A DNA stretch of 40,825 nucleotides, from the IMG/VR virus record IMGVR_UViG_2917398303_000002, positions 1 to 40,825 of that record; one strand, written 5' to 3'. This stretch comes from a virus (Duplodnaviria; Heunggongvirae; Uroviricota; Caudoviricetes). The position numbers and the translations under genes were made by a program. This document shows positions 32,508 through 40,825 of the stretch, one piece after another (position 1 is the first letter of the stretch; each line of letters begins with the position of its first letter). The notes beneath the pieces were generated by a model. The model was given only the letters and a program-made list of their open reading frames with translations, did not search any database and was not told the DNA's origin.

Positions 32508-32756
32508 ATGATAAAAACTGATTACCCTGCAGAACTTAAACGAAAAGTAATAACAGCAATTAAATGCTCTTTTATCTCATGTCGTACAGATGAAGAACGA
32601 TATGTCGTTGAGTGTGCAATTGTCGAGTTTCTCACAGCGATGGAATTTACCGCTGCAGAATCAATAGATGTATTAAAGCAATCAGACGGAAATAATATTG
32701 AAACGGATGATGTTATTGACCGACTGATAAAATCATTCGAAGAAGAAATAGAGTAG
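32508..32756 (+). CDS. Hypothetical early-left protein (82 aa)
   Basis: ORF in operon orientation. Confidence 0.4.
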   Translation: MIKTDYPAELKRKVITAIKCSFISCRTDEERYVVECAIVEFLTAMEFTAAESIDVLKQSDGNNIETDDVIDRLIKSFEEEIE

Positions 32757-32839
32757 CCGCCTGAGCGCGGCTTTACCGCATACCAATAATGCTTCACGAG
32801 AGGCATTTTCGTTATGCAATCAAATATAAGGAGTTACCC

Positions 32840-32974
32840 ATGATGCACTTTCAGCTCGCGGGTAGCGGCGTCATGTCCGCTTTCTACCCGCACGAATCTG
32901 AATTATCACGCCGAGTTAAACAATTAATCAGAGCAGCAAAGAAACAACTGGAGGCGTTATGCGCAATGAAATAG
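32840..32974 (+). CDS. cIII: CIII-like protein (FtsH inhibitor family), start at internal Met
   Basis: MMHFQLAGSGVMSAFYPHESELSRRVKQLIRAAKKQL resembles lambda CIII as recalled. Confidence 0.55.
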   Translation: MMHFQLAGSGVMSAFYPHESELSRRVKQLIRAAKKQLEALCAMK

Positions 32975-33111
32975 CCATTAATCACCAGATGCTTCGTGCT
33001 GCACAAAACAAAGCAGTAATAGCCAGATTTATTGGTGATTCAAAAATGTGGCTTGAAGCAAATAAAGCGATGAAATCAGCTATCAACCTTCCGTGGTATC
33101 GCAGGAAATGA
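32959..33111 (+). CDS. kil: Kil-like host-killing/FtsZ-inhibiting small protein
   Basis: ORF not in track: MRNEIAINHQMLRAAQNKAVIARFIGDSKMWLEANKAMKSAINLPWYRRK; IARFIGDSKMW resembles lambda Kil IATFIGDEKMF as recalled. Confidence 0.5.
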   Translation: MRNEIAINHQMLRAAQNKAVIARFIGDSKMWLEANKAMKSAINLPWYRRK

Positions 33112-33192
33112 GTTTTACAGATAACTGTTCAGACGAAGAATTCATTCGTCAGATGAACAAAATGCTCAATCAGCACAAAGAACAGGAGAAGG

Positions 33193-33504
33193 ATGATGAT
33201 TCTGACTCTGAATGATAAGCGTGAAATATCTCAAATCATCGCAAGTTTTACTGATGAAGATTACGAACGAATCAACAGTGAAGTTGATCGTCTCTGCAAA
33301 CGTTGCGACCCAATAAGCGAAATGCTTCGCTCATATAAACCAGATGAACACACTAAGGACGCTATCGACTGGCTGGAAGATGATGACTGTAACTATCAGG
33401 AAAAAGCCGCTGAATGGTTCTGGGATGCAATAACCGAAAGAGTTAAGGCTGAATATGCCTTCGCAATATTCAAACGCAGACACATTTTTGGAGAAGCTGC
33501 ATGA
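33193..33504 (+). CDS. Hypothetical protein (103 aa) upstream of RecT; occupies the gam/arf position
   Basis: ORF, 4-bp overlap with recT. Confidence 0.4.
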   Translation: MMILTLNDKREISQIIASFTDEDYERINSEVDRLCKRCDPISEMLRSYKPDEHTKDAIDWLEDDDCNYQEKAAEWFWDAITERVKAEYAFAIFKRRHIFGEAA

Positions 33505-34403
33505 GCAATATCGTTGAATTCGTTAAACAGCAGGAGCAGTTATTCTGCGGAGCATTGACTGAACAGACGGTGACATGGGCTAAGGAAAGCCAGTTTGCAA
33601 TTCAGTATTTCCAGAAAAACGATTACCTGGCTAAAACGGCACTGGCAAATCCAACCAGCGCACAGAACGCCATCATCAATGTTGCGGCGATCGGCATCAC
33701 CTTAAACCCGGCCAGCAAACTGGCTTATCTAGTTCCGCGCGACGGCATGGTTTGCCTTGATATCAGCTATATGGGATTACTTCATCTTGCGCAATCGACA
33801 GGCTCAATTAAGTGGGGGCAATGCAAACTGGTGTACTCAAACGACACCTATGAATCAAACGGCCTTGATTCAGCACCAACCCACAAATACAACGCATTTG
33901 GTGAGCGAGGCTCTATTGTTGGTGGTTATTGCACGGTTAAAACAGCAGATGGTGACTACCTGACTGAAGAAATGAGTCTGGCAGAAATTAAAGCAGTTGA
34001 AGCAACGAGCAAGGCAAAGAATGGACCGTGGAAAACATTCTGGGAAGAGATGGCGCGTAAAACAATAGTTAAACGCGCCAGCAAATACTGGCCTAAAGCC
34101 CAGCGACTGGATAATGCCATTCACCTGCTTAACGAAGATGAAGGTATGCATCAAGAACCAGTTATGCCGCACAAATCAGAGGAAGATATCCGCGAAGATG
34201 AACGGAAACGCCAGCAGGAAATAATGGATAAAGCACAACTTCTTTGCGATGAAATGGCTCAGGCAGAAAACATGGATGATTTGAAGCGATATTTTGCAGA
34301 AGCATATCGCCTGACATCTGGAATGAAATTGCAGCAGAACGTACAAGCCATTTACATAGAATGCAAAGCGAAACTGGAGGTTGCCAGTGAGCAAACTGTA
34401 TGA
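33501..34403 (+). CDS. recT: RecT-family single-strand annealing recombinase
   Basis: 300 aa; ...AKNGPWKTFWEEMARKTIVKRASKYWP... is the RecT signature region. Confidence 0.85.
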   Translation: MSNIVEFVKQQEQLFCGALTEQTVTWAKESQFAIQYFQKNDYLAKTALANPTSAQNAIINVAAIGITLNPASKLAYLVPRDGMVCLDISYMGLLHLAQSTGSIKWGQCKLVYSNDTYESNGLDSAPTHKYNAFGERGSIVGGYCTVKTADGDYLTEEMSLAEIKAVEATSKAKNGPWKTFWEEMARKTIVKRASKYWPKAQRLDNAIHLLNEDEGMHQEPVMPHKSEEDIREDERKRQQEIMDKAQLLCDEMAQAENMDDLKRYFAEAYRLTSGMKLQQNVQAIYIECKAKLEVASEQTV

Positions 34404-34869
34404 AATTGCCAATGAATACGCAAAATTGATGGATTCAGATTTAGAACCAGAGATGATTGCTGACACAATAGAAGGCATGGAAGGAGAATTTACCGATAAA
34501 ATAGAGCAACTTCTTGCCATTATTAAAAATGAGTCTGGTTATGCTGAACGCCTCAAGGAAGAGGCAAAGTCACTGAATGAAAGAGCAGCAGTAATTCAAA
34601 ATAAGATTGATAGCATTATGACGTATATAGCGTCATCGCTTGAAATGGTTGGAAAGAAAAAGATTCGAGCAGGTATTCACCAGGTAACAATCCGCAAACC
34701 GTCAGAAACTGTAGAAATCATCGACTCAAGCGCCCTTCCTCCAGAATACGTTGAGTTTGAAACAACAATTAAAGCCGACAAACTGGCAATCAAACACCAA
34801 CTAAAAGCAGGAATAAATATCCCCGGCGCTCAACTCAAAGTTGGGAAACCTTCACTTCTTATCAAATAA
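34381..34869 (+). CDS. Gp157-family protein (commonly accompanies phage recombinases)
   Basis: 162 aa coiled-coil protein immediately after recT; family call from memory. Confidence 0.45.
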   Translation: MPVSKLYEIANEYAKLMDSDLEPEMIADTIEGMEGEFTDKIEQLLAIIKNESGYAERLKEEAKSLNERAAVIQNKIDSIMTYIASSLEMVGKKKIRAGIHQVTIRKPSETVEIIDSSALPPEYVEFETTIKADKLAIKHQLKAGINIPGAQLKVGKPSLLIK

Positions 34870-34880
34870 CGGTATCGCCT

Positions 34881-35195
34881 ATGAAAAAGACTCCATGGGA
34901 GAAATGGGAAGTCGATTTCTTACGCGAAGTAGCGGCGACAATGCCAGTTGAAGTTATCGCTGAAAAACTGGAAAGGACTGAAAAAGCAGTAATGACGAAA
35001 GCAACAAGGATTGGCGCTGACATTGTTAGCCGACTTCGTGGAAGACGATGGACAAGAGCCGAAGTATCACTTTTCGGTAAGTTCTCCGCAGAAGAAATAG
35101 CAATTGCAACCTGCCGCTCAATTTATTCAGTAAGAGCTATGCGATACAAGCTAAAAAAACTCGATGAAGAAAGAGCAGGCATACGAATAAATTAA
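34881..35195 (+). CDS. Hypothetical protein (104 aa), possible Myb/SANT-like DNA-binding repeats
   Basis: Two W...W/R-rich repeats (WEKWEVDFLRE..., GRRWTRAEVSLF...). Confidence 0.4.
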   Translation: MKKTPWEKWEVDFLREVAATMPVEVIAEKLERTEKAVMTKATRIGADIVSRLRGRRWTRAEVSLFGKFSAEEIAIATCRSIYSVRAMRYKLKKLDEERAGIRIN

Positions 35196-35211
35196 CATGG
35201 AGTAATTAACA

Positions 35212-35493
35212 ATGAAGCTAAACATCGACCTCGGCAAATACGTTATTACTGGAACAAAACACGACCTGATTCTTAATGAAAGAGGAATTATCAAAGAAGG
35301 CGAGAATGCAGGGAAAGAAACACTCAGCCGTATCGGTTATTACAGCAAGTTTGAGCATCTGGTTAAAGAGTTATGCAACCGTGAAATCCTGTTATCTCAG
35401 GCGCAGACGCTACAGGATATTCAGCAGCATATCGAGACTTTAGGTGTGTCACTTAGCATAGCTGTTGACCAGTTCATGGAGAGTAAATCATGA
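35212..35493 (+). CDS. Hypothetical protein (93 aa)
   Basis: ORF. Confidence 0.4.
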   Translation: MKLNIDLGKYVITGTKHDLILNERGIIKEGENAGKETLSRIGYYSKFEHLVKELCNREILLSQAQTLQDIQQHIETLGVSLSIAVDQFMESKS

Positions 35494-35650
35494 GAGGACT
35501 TGCATATAATCCCGGCATTCTTCCGGCAGAAATGATTATTCGCCAACGCGTAAAGCCAATGCCATCGAGAGAGGAATTGCTTAAGAGAAAGAGTTTCGGT
35601 TCTGTTAATGACAACAAATATCTGAATGCGATGTTGCGGAGTGGGAAGAA

Positions 35651-36112
35651 ATGAAACAAATGTCACTAATTGAGATGGATGGTTTTCTGAAAGGTAAATG
35701 CATCCCAAGTGATTTAAAGGTTAACGAAACAAACGCTGAATATCTGGTGCGTAAATTTGCTGAAGCGCAGGCCAAGTGCGCGGCGCTGGCAGCGGAGAAT
35801 GCGGGGCTGAAGTCTGGCGCTATGGACGAAATCAAGGTTATCAACCGTGGAGGGCAGGCATATTGCGTAAAAGATGGAGTGCAAGTTAATCCCATGTATG
35901 CAAGAGGGTGGAATGACTATCGCGCAAAGTCTCTGCAATCAGACCCCCCAGCCACCGATGCTTTCCTGGCTGAAATTGAACGCAAAGCAATCCGCAAGTT
36001 CATTAACAGCATTGAACACATCCTGCGTGACAAGTTGTCACCGTATGACACCGAAGAGATGCTTGAGACTATGCGTATTTTTCTGGAAGAACAGGGAGGC
36101 GAGCAAAAATGA
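35651..36112 (+). CDS. Hypothetical protein (153 aa)
   Basis: ORF, 4-bp overlap with next gene. Confidence 0.4.
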   Translation: MKQMSLIEMDGFLKGKCIPSDLKVNETNAEYLVRKFAEAQAKCAALAAENAGLKSGAMDEIKVINRGGQAYCVKDGVQVNPMYARGWNDYRAKSLQSDPPATDAFLAEIERKAIRKFINSIEHILRDKLSPYDTEEMLETMRIFLEEQGGEQK

Positions 36113-36423
36113 CAATCACAAAACAACGAGTAGAAAAAATCATATATCGCCATGAAATGGGACTGAACAGCGATGTCACTGCCGAAGAGGTTTATGACCT
36201 GGCTGTACTGGCGCTGAATTTATCAAATATCGCAAACCTGAAGCGATACGAGCTTGATATGGATGGTTGTGACTCGTGCGGTCAGGATTGTGGCGCTGAC
36301 ATGACTGAAGATTCTGATGGCGATTATGTCCTGTTTGATGACGTGGTTAAGTTGTTTGAGTTTGATACAACCACTCAGAAGCTAGAAAGCCCAGCAAAGG
36401 AGGCAATCAGTGAGCAAGATTAA
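36109..36423 (+). CDS. Hypothetical protein (104 aa, Cys cluster CDSCGQDCG)
   Basis: ORF. Confidence 0.4.
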   Translation: MTITKQRVEKIIYRHEMGLNSDVTAEEVYDLAVLALNLSNIANLKRYELDMDGCDSCGQDCGADMTEDSDGDYVLFDDVVKLFEFDTTTQKLESPAKEAISEQD

Positions 36424-36949
36424 CTATCAGGCACTGCGTGAAAAGGCAGAGAAAGCAACGTGTGGTGTGTGGTCGCTCGAATATGGAGAGGAGAGACTTG
36501 ATGCTGGAGATGTGCTAATTCATCGTGAAGTTGTTGGATATCTTCCCATTTGCAGAATTGAATGAGCGCATCCTGAAAGCGGTTTCGATGAAGATTTCCA
36601 AATGGAACAGCAGGCCAATGCTGAATTCATCGCCGCAGCCAATCCGGCTACCATGCTGGCACTACTGGATGAACGGGAAAGAAACCAGCAATACATCAAA
36701 CGCCGCGACCAGGAGAGCGAGGAAATTGCGCTAACGGTAGGAAAGCTGCGTGTTGAGCTGGAAGCAGCAGAGAACAACCTTATTGATAGTGAATGCCATG
36801 TAGCTGAACTGGAAGAGGCGCTACGCGATAAGCAGGCGTTACTTGAAGCATCAGAGAAGCGCATAGCAGAACTGGAAGCCGAACCTGTAAGCCAAACTTA
36901 CAAGTTGAACGAGCTGTCGGGCAACCCTCCGGTAATTCCAGAAGGTTAG
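36410..36949 (+). pseudogene. Ead/Ea22-like gene interrupted by a single in-frame TGA (at 36563-36565); downstream part (36602-36949) may still be translated
   Basis: GTG-initiated frame reads VSKINYQALREKAEKATCGVW...ICRIE-stop-AHPESGFDEDFQMEQQANAEFIAAANPATMLALLDE...; both halves resemble Ead/Ea22-family proteins as recalled. Confidence 0.5.
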
Positions 36950-36967
36950 ATAAGCTGTAGTGAGAGA

Positions 36968-37162
36968 ATGCCGAACGATAAACAGTATGTTTGGTGTTGG
37001 GGTAAGTCTTACGGCTGGACTGAGTGCGATACCTTCGAAGGGTATTACGATTGGTCGAGAAACAAATGGTGGGCAGTTACTGACGATGGGGAAGAACCGG
37101 CATCGAAAGTAACCCACTGGATGCCACTACCAGAGCCGCCGCAGGAGGTTAACCGTGGCTAA
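36968..37162 (+). CDS. Hypothetical Trp-rich protein (64 aa)
   Basis: ORF. Confidence 0.35.
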   Translation: MPNDKQYVWCWGKSYGWTECDTFEGYYDWSRNKWWAVTDDGEEPASKVTHWMPLPEPPQEVNRG

Positions 37163-37194
37163 CCTGCAACTTGCCGTCAAAGGTGAATAACAAT

Positions 37195-37220
37195 CCTCGC
37201 ACTCGCGGGGATTTCTTTTA
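37195..37220 (+). terminator. Candidate rho-independent terminator
   Basis: CCTCGC-ACTC-GCGGGG (one G-U pair) followed by T-rich ATTTCTTTTAT. Confidence 0.35.
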
Positions 37221-37262
37221 TCTGAACTCGCTACGGCGGGTTTTGTTTTATGGAGATGATAA

Positions 37263-37430
37263 ATGCACTTCCGAGTCACAGGTGAATGGAATGGAGAACC
37301 ATTCAACAGAGTTATCGAAGCCGAGAACATCAGCGACTGCTATGACCACTGGATGCTGTGGGCGCAGATAGCAAATGCAGACGTAACCAATATTCGAATT
37401 GAAGAACTGAAAGAACACCAAGCCGCCTGA
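37263..37430 (+). CDS. Small hypothetical protein (55 aa)
   Basis: ORF not in track (MHFRVTGEWNGEPFNRVIEAENISDCYDHWMLW...), followed by strong terminator. Confidence 0.3.
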   Translation: MHFRVTGEWNGEPFNRVIEAENISDCYDHWMLWAQIANADVTNIRIEELKEHQAA

Positions 37431-37442
37431 TGGCGGTTTTTT
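37423..37442 (+). terminator. Rho-independent terminator
   Basis: CCGCC-TGAT-GGCGG followed by TTTTTT. Confidence 0.6.
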
Positions 37443-37452
37443 ATTGCCTGAT

Positions 37453-37468
37453 TTGCAGGTTCGATTCC
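37453..37468 (+). other. tRNA-Arg (argW)-like T-arm fragment, not part of an intact tRNA
   Basis: TTGCAGGTTCGATTCC matches variable-loop/T-stem/T-loop of argW as recalled, but downstream sequence diverges. Confidence 0.5.
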
Positions 37469-37487
37469 CTATTCGGAGATAGCACTC

Positions 37488-37688
37488 ATGCAACACGAAC
37501 TACAACCTGATTCACTGGTTGATTTGAAACTCATCATGGCCGATACTGGCTTCGGTAAAACCTTCATCTATGACCGGATTAAGTCCGGAGACCTGCCTAA
37601 AGCCAAAGTTATCCACGGGCGAGCAAGATGGTTATATCGTGACCATTGTGAATTCAAAAATAAGCTCTTAAGCCGCGCCAATGGGTAA
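37488..37688 (+). CDS. torI: TorI-like excisionase / recombination directionality factor (AlpA-Xis winged-helix fold)
   Basis: 66 aa MQHELQPDSLVDLKLIMADTGFGKTFIYDRIKSGDLPKAKVIHGRARWLYRDHCEF...; matches E. coli TorI as recalled; terminal position next to att core. Confidence 0.8.
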   Translation: MQHELQPDSLVDLKLIMADTGFGKTFIYDRIKSGDLPKAKVIHGRARWLYRDHCEFKNKLLSRANG

Positions 37689-37761
37689 AATAGCGGGTAA
37701 AATATTTCTCACACCTAAAAAACACCATTCTAATCAATCCCCTGCCACGTCAAGTAGATGT

Positions 37762-37776
37762 CTGCAGGGGACACCA
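37762..37776 (+). other. Candidate att core (right prophage junction, shared with downstream island): 3'-terminal 15 nt of tRNA-Arg (argW)
   Basis: CTGCAGGGGACACCA equals the T-stem 3' strand/acceptor 3' strand/CCA end of argW as recalled. Confidence 0.5.
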
Positions 37777-37940
37777 TCCCGCCGTACACCAACGTCTACC
37801 ATTGTCTATAAATCCCATGTAACCATATAGAAATAAAGAGATTTTATTCTCATGACGTCCATTACCGTCTATTGAAATCAAGTAAATCTATGGGGCATAA
37901 TTGGGGGCATTGCTGGTTCGATTGTATATGTGCCCCCAAT

Positions 37941-39227
37941 ATGTCCAGAAATACCCTCAACAAATTAACAGACCGTCAGTGCAAAACAGCTAAGCCACGA
38001 GACAAAACTTATAAATTGTCTGATGGTGGTGGTCTTTATCTTGAAGTATCCCAGACCGGGTCGAAGTATTGGCGTATGAAGTATCGCCGTCCATCAGATA
38101 AGAAAGAAGACAGACTTGCTTTTGGTGTATATCCAACCATTAGCTTACAAGATGCCAGAGAGAAACGAGACAACGCCAGAAAGTTGTTAGTCAAGGGGAT
38201 AGATCCCAAAGCAGAGCAAAGAGCAGCCAAAGCAGAAGAAAAAGGTGCATTCACTTTTGAGACAATAGGACGTCAATGGGTTGAAAGCCACCAGATGTGG
38301 AACGAAGCCCACCGAAAACGCGTGCTTAGAAGCCTTGAAATGTATATTTTTCCTCACATTGGCAACTCGGATATTCGCAAACTGGAGGCGATGACAATTT
38401 TACCTTTGTTTAAGAAGGTAGATGACGCAGGGAAACACGATACAGCTAACCGACTTAAACAACGAGTAAAGGACATCATACATAGTGCCCGTCTGAGCGG
38501 CATTAAGACAGAAATTATCACGAATGATCTCGATGTCCGGTTAATGCAATATGAAACTAAGCATCATGCCGCATTACATCCCAGAGACCTACCAGACTTT
38601 TTCACTCGATTGGGAAGTTTTAGAGGTAATCCTCTTACCCGCCTTGCCATTGAGCTAACCATGTTGACCTTTGTTCGTTCAAGCGAGTTAAGGTTTGCCC
38701 GTTGGAAAGAGTTTGACCTTGATCGGGCTGAGTGGATTATCCCTAAAAAAAGAGAGCCTATCGATGGTGTGAGGTTTTCCACCCGTGGCACAAAGACGGG
38801 AAAAGACGAACATATCGTGCTTCTTAGCCGTCAGGCTGTTTCTATTGTAAAGCAGTTGAGAGAACTAAGCGGAAGCTACGATGTTGTGTTTCCGAATGAA
38901 AGAAACACCAAAGGCGTGATGAGTGAAAACACAGTAAACAAGGCATTACGTTTAATGGGATATAACACGCAAGAGGACGTAACTGGACATGGATTCCGTG
39001 CCACAGCTTGTAGTTCCTTGATGGAGTCCGGTTTGTGGCAGGAAGACGCAGTAGAGCGCCAGATGAGCCACAAAGAATATAAAGACGTTAAAAGAGCCTA
39101 CAAGCACAAGGCTGATTACTTAGAAGAGCGCAAACTAATGCTTCAATGGTGGGCAGATTATCTGGACGCCAATCGAGAAATACATATAAGCCCTTACGAG
39201 TTCGGAAGGAGAACACGCCGTGACTAA
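37941..39227 (+). CDS. Tyrosine integrase, P4 family (start placed at MSRNTLNKLTDRQ..., upstream in-frame Met codons less likely)
   Basis: LTDRQCKTAKPRDKTYKLSDGGGLYLEV...YWRMKY arm-binding motif; C-terminal HGFRAT...LMLQWWADYLD catalytic region. Confidence 0.85.
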   Translation: MSRNTLNKLTDRQCKTAKPRDKTYKLSDGGGLYLEVSQTGSKYWRMKYRRPSDKKEDRLAFGVYPTISLQDAREKRDNARKLLVKGIDPKAEQRAAKAEEKGAFTFETIGRQWVESHQMWNEAHRKRVLRSLEMYIFPHIGNSDIRKLEAMTILPLFKKVDDAGKHDTANRLKQRVKDIIHSARLSGIKTEIITNDLDVRLMQYETKHHAALHPRDLPDFFTRLGSFRGNPLTRLAIELTMLTFVRSSELRFARWKEFDLDRAEWIIPKKREPIDGVRFSTRGTKTGKDEHIVLLSRQAVSIVKQLRELSGSYDVVFPNERNTKGVMSENTVNKALRLMGYNTQEDVTGHGFRATACSSLMESGLWQEDAVERQMSHKEYKDVKRAYKHKADYLEERKLMLQWWADYLDANREIHISPYEFGRRTRRD

Positions 39228-39960
39228 GATGACAGGACTAGATGCGTTTTATAACGAGTCAGAAGATAAAATCTGGTTTGGTAATCTGATCAGCGAACTT
39301 GCAAGACTAAACAATGAAAATGAAAGAGTGATAGCTGCCGCTATCTTAAGTAACTACAGATTGAGCAAGACTAAACCAGATACTTTAGGGGGGCTGGGCT
39401 TTTATCAGTTCGATTGGGTATCTGGTTTTACGACTAATGAAGACTTTGAAAAGCAGTGTGTGGAGTTTTTAGGTCTTCTGGCTATGGGGCATGAATACAG
39501 GGAGAGCCCGATACCGGGGGAAGAAGGGACTTTCAACGTTAGGAAAGGAGAAGACTTTTTATATCACGATGATGAGGATGATTGGTATGGGTTTTACGAT
39601 TCGTTTTATTTCAAGCGGTCCGAGCTTGTGAGCTTCTTCCCAGAACTGGAAGATCACAACATTGATGAACCGATAGCAGAGGAAACAGAAAGTGGGTCGC
39701 TCCCCAGTGACTGGCGCGGCAAAAACACCGCCTGGAAAATGATTGCTGGGCTGGCGATTGCTTTATATGAATCCAGCGAGGACGTTAGAAAGAATGGAAA
39801 GCTCAACCAGTCCGCGGTGTGCGAGAAAGCAGCAAACAACATCGCAAAGTACAGTGAAGAATACAATGATGCTGGCATGACCATGGATAATCTAAGAACG
39901 CTTCTAAAAAAGACTTTGCAGCGGCACGCACCCAATTTTTTGGGAAAGATAACCAAGTAA
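39220..39960 (+). CDS. Hypothetical acidic protein (246 aa), translationally coupled to integrase (8-bp overlap)
   Basis: ORF; no recognisable motif by eye. Confidence 0.5.
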   Translation: MTKMTGLDAFYNESEDKIWFGNLISELARLNNENERVIAAAILSNYRLSKTKPDTLGGLGFYQFDWVSGFTTNEDFEKQCVEFLGLLAMGHEYRESPIPGEEGTFNVRKGEDFLYHDDEDDWYGFYDSFYFKRSELVSFFPELEDHNIDEPIAEETESGSLPSDWRGKNTAWKMIAGLAIALYESSEDVRKNGKLNQSAVCEKAANNIAKYSEEYNDAGMTMDNLRTLLKKTLQRHAPNFLGKITK

Positions 39961-39969
39961 AATAATCGA

Positions 39970-40018
39970 TGTTCCCAAATTGGCTGGAGAGACGAAAACA
40001 AACGCCCAATTTGGGACA
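39970..40018. promoter_or_regulatory. Inverted repeat upstream of alpA (candidate operator)
   Basis: TCCCAAATTGG ... CCAATTTGGGA, 11-bp arms separated by about 23 bp. Confidence 0.4.
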
Positions 40019-40116
40019 ATTCCTTTCCCGAAAACTTTTTCTCCAAATTCACAGAAAACTTAAAAAAACAATGATTTACTATCTCTCATAGTCAAGCAAC
40101 GTATTACGAGGTAGAT

Positions 40117-40308
40117 ATGAAAAAGTCGCTGATTCGGCTATCTGAGGTTTTGAAACGCACTGGCTATAGCAAGGCGTGGGTATATGCTCTGATGAGCCGA
40201 GGACAATTCCCTCAATCAGTCAAGATTGGTGCTCGCGCAATAGCTTTTATTGAAAGCGAGATCGATGACTGGATCGATCAACGTATAGCCGAATCGCGTA
40301 GTAACTAA
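40117..40308 (+). CDS. alpA: AlpA-family transcriptional regulator / excisionase-like protein
   Basis: 63 aa; ...LIRLSEVLKRTGYSKAWVYALMSRGQFPQSVKIGARAIAFIESEIDDWI... is the AlpA HTH signature. Confidence 0.8.
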   Translation: MKKSLIRLSEVLKRTGYSKAWVYALMSRGQFPQSVKIGARAIAFIESEIDDWIDQRIAESRSN

Positions 40309-40356
40309 AGAACAGAAACAAACCGGATACAAACAATACGTTATTAGGTATTAAGA

Positions 40357-40548
40357 ATGCAGTTGACCCCCACCAATCAAAAGCTGAACGTAACCCATGT
40401 TGATTTTGAGACCTTCGCGGAACTGATTAGATCAGATCCACAAAAGGTAAGCACCAGCACCAGGGTTTATGATGTGAAATCCACCAACGGTGGAAAAGCT
40501 ATCGGCATTGTCTCTGGCGATGATTACTTAGTAATCGATCTGATTTAA
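40357..40548 (+). CDS. Hypothetical protein (63 aa)
   Basis: ORF between two AlpA-like genes. Confidence 0.4.
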   Translation: MQLTPTNQKLNVTHVDFETFAELIRSDPQKVSTSTRVYDVKSTNGGKAIGIVSGDDYLVIDLI

Positions 40549-40630
40549 TCGCACAAAAATTGTAGAGTGATTTGGGAAGACAGGAAGTCTTCCTCCATAT
40601 TGCATTTTGGTACAACAGTAAGGGAATAAA

Positions 40631-40825
40631 ATGATTAATTATCTGACCGCTAAAGACGCAGCAGAATATCTTGGTGTCTGTCTATCACGCTTCTATCAGT
40701 TAAAGCGATATATCCCCAGCTTTCCCCCCTATGTAAATCAGACCATCAATGGACGCAAGCGCAGAGTGTGGCTTGCCTCCAGCCTTGATCAATTTGCCGA
40801 CAGATTTCTGGGGGGACGAAAATGA
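40631..40825 (+). CDS. Second AlpA/Xis-like HTH protein (stop codon is the last 3 nt of window)
   Basis: 64 aa; ...LTAKDAAEYLGVCLSRFYQLKR...RRVWLASSLDQF... resembles AlpA/excisionase winged helix. Confidence 0.6.
   Translation: MINYLTAKDAAEYLGVCLSRFYQLKRYIPSFPPYVNQTINGRKRRVWLASSLDQFADRFLGGRK

Larger units (their letters stand above)
37777..40825. mobile_element. Start of a second integrative element (P4-integrase island, CP4-57/PICI-like layout int - unknown - alpA), continues beyond window
   Basis: P4-family integrase 95 bp downstream of tRNA 3'-end core, followed by co-oriented unknown gene and two AlpA-like regulators. Confidence 0.55.

Noticed and set aside
36525-36734. 69-aa ORF from the track in the Ead region
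   Set aside because: It is out of frame with the frame that gives Ead/Ea22-like sequence on both sides of the single TGA.
37453-37468. Possible intact tRNA gene at the prophage right end
   Set aside because: Only the T-arm portion matches a tRNA; no D-arm or anticodon arm upstream, and the sequence after the T-loop cannot form the T-stem or acceptor stem. Treated as an att-related fragment.

Overview
This window is almost entirely one P22-like (short-tailed, headful-packaging) lambdoid prophage of the KplE1/CPS-53 type, followed by the start of a second integrative island. The prophage begins at coordinate 1 with a P4-family integrase (IntS-like) and runs to a torI-like excisionase and an att core near 37.76 kb. 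Its order is: int, gtrABC O-antigen glucosylation cassette, tailspike, an orphan Mnt-like repressor, P22-type virion genes (gp16, gp20, gp7, gp14, gp26, gp10, gp4, coat, scaffold, portal, large and small terminase with a pac-like site), KilA-N, a lambda-type lysis cassette (S, R, Rz/Rz1), two tRNA-like genes, Q-like antiterminator, nin region (NinH, RusA, YbcO, NinF, NinE, NinB), primase-helicase, O-like initiator with internal iterons, cII, cro, P22-type c2 repressor with operators, N-like antiterminator, and an early-left operon (cIII, kil, RecT, Gp157-like, several unknowns, an Ead/Ea22-like gene with an in-frame stop). Downstream sits a second P4-family integrase with an unknown co-transcribed gene and two AlpA-like regulators, continuing past the window end. 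Points worth follow-up are the composite att region (two separate argW-like tRNA fragments bracketing torI, consistent with tandem integration), a perfect 10-unit hexanucleotide repeat encoding an (EP)n tract between coat and gp4, the orphan Mnt divergent from the tailspike, and the uncharacterised gene coupled to the second integrase. All calls rest on reading the sequence and ORF track against remembered protein families; no searches were run.
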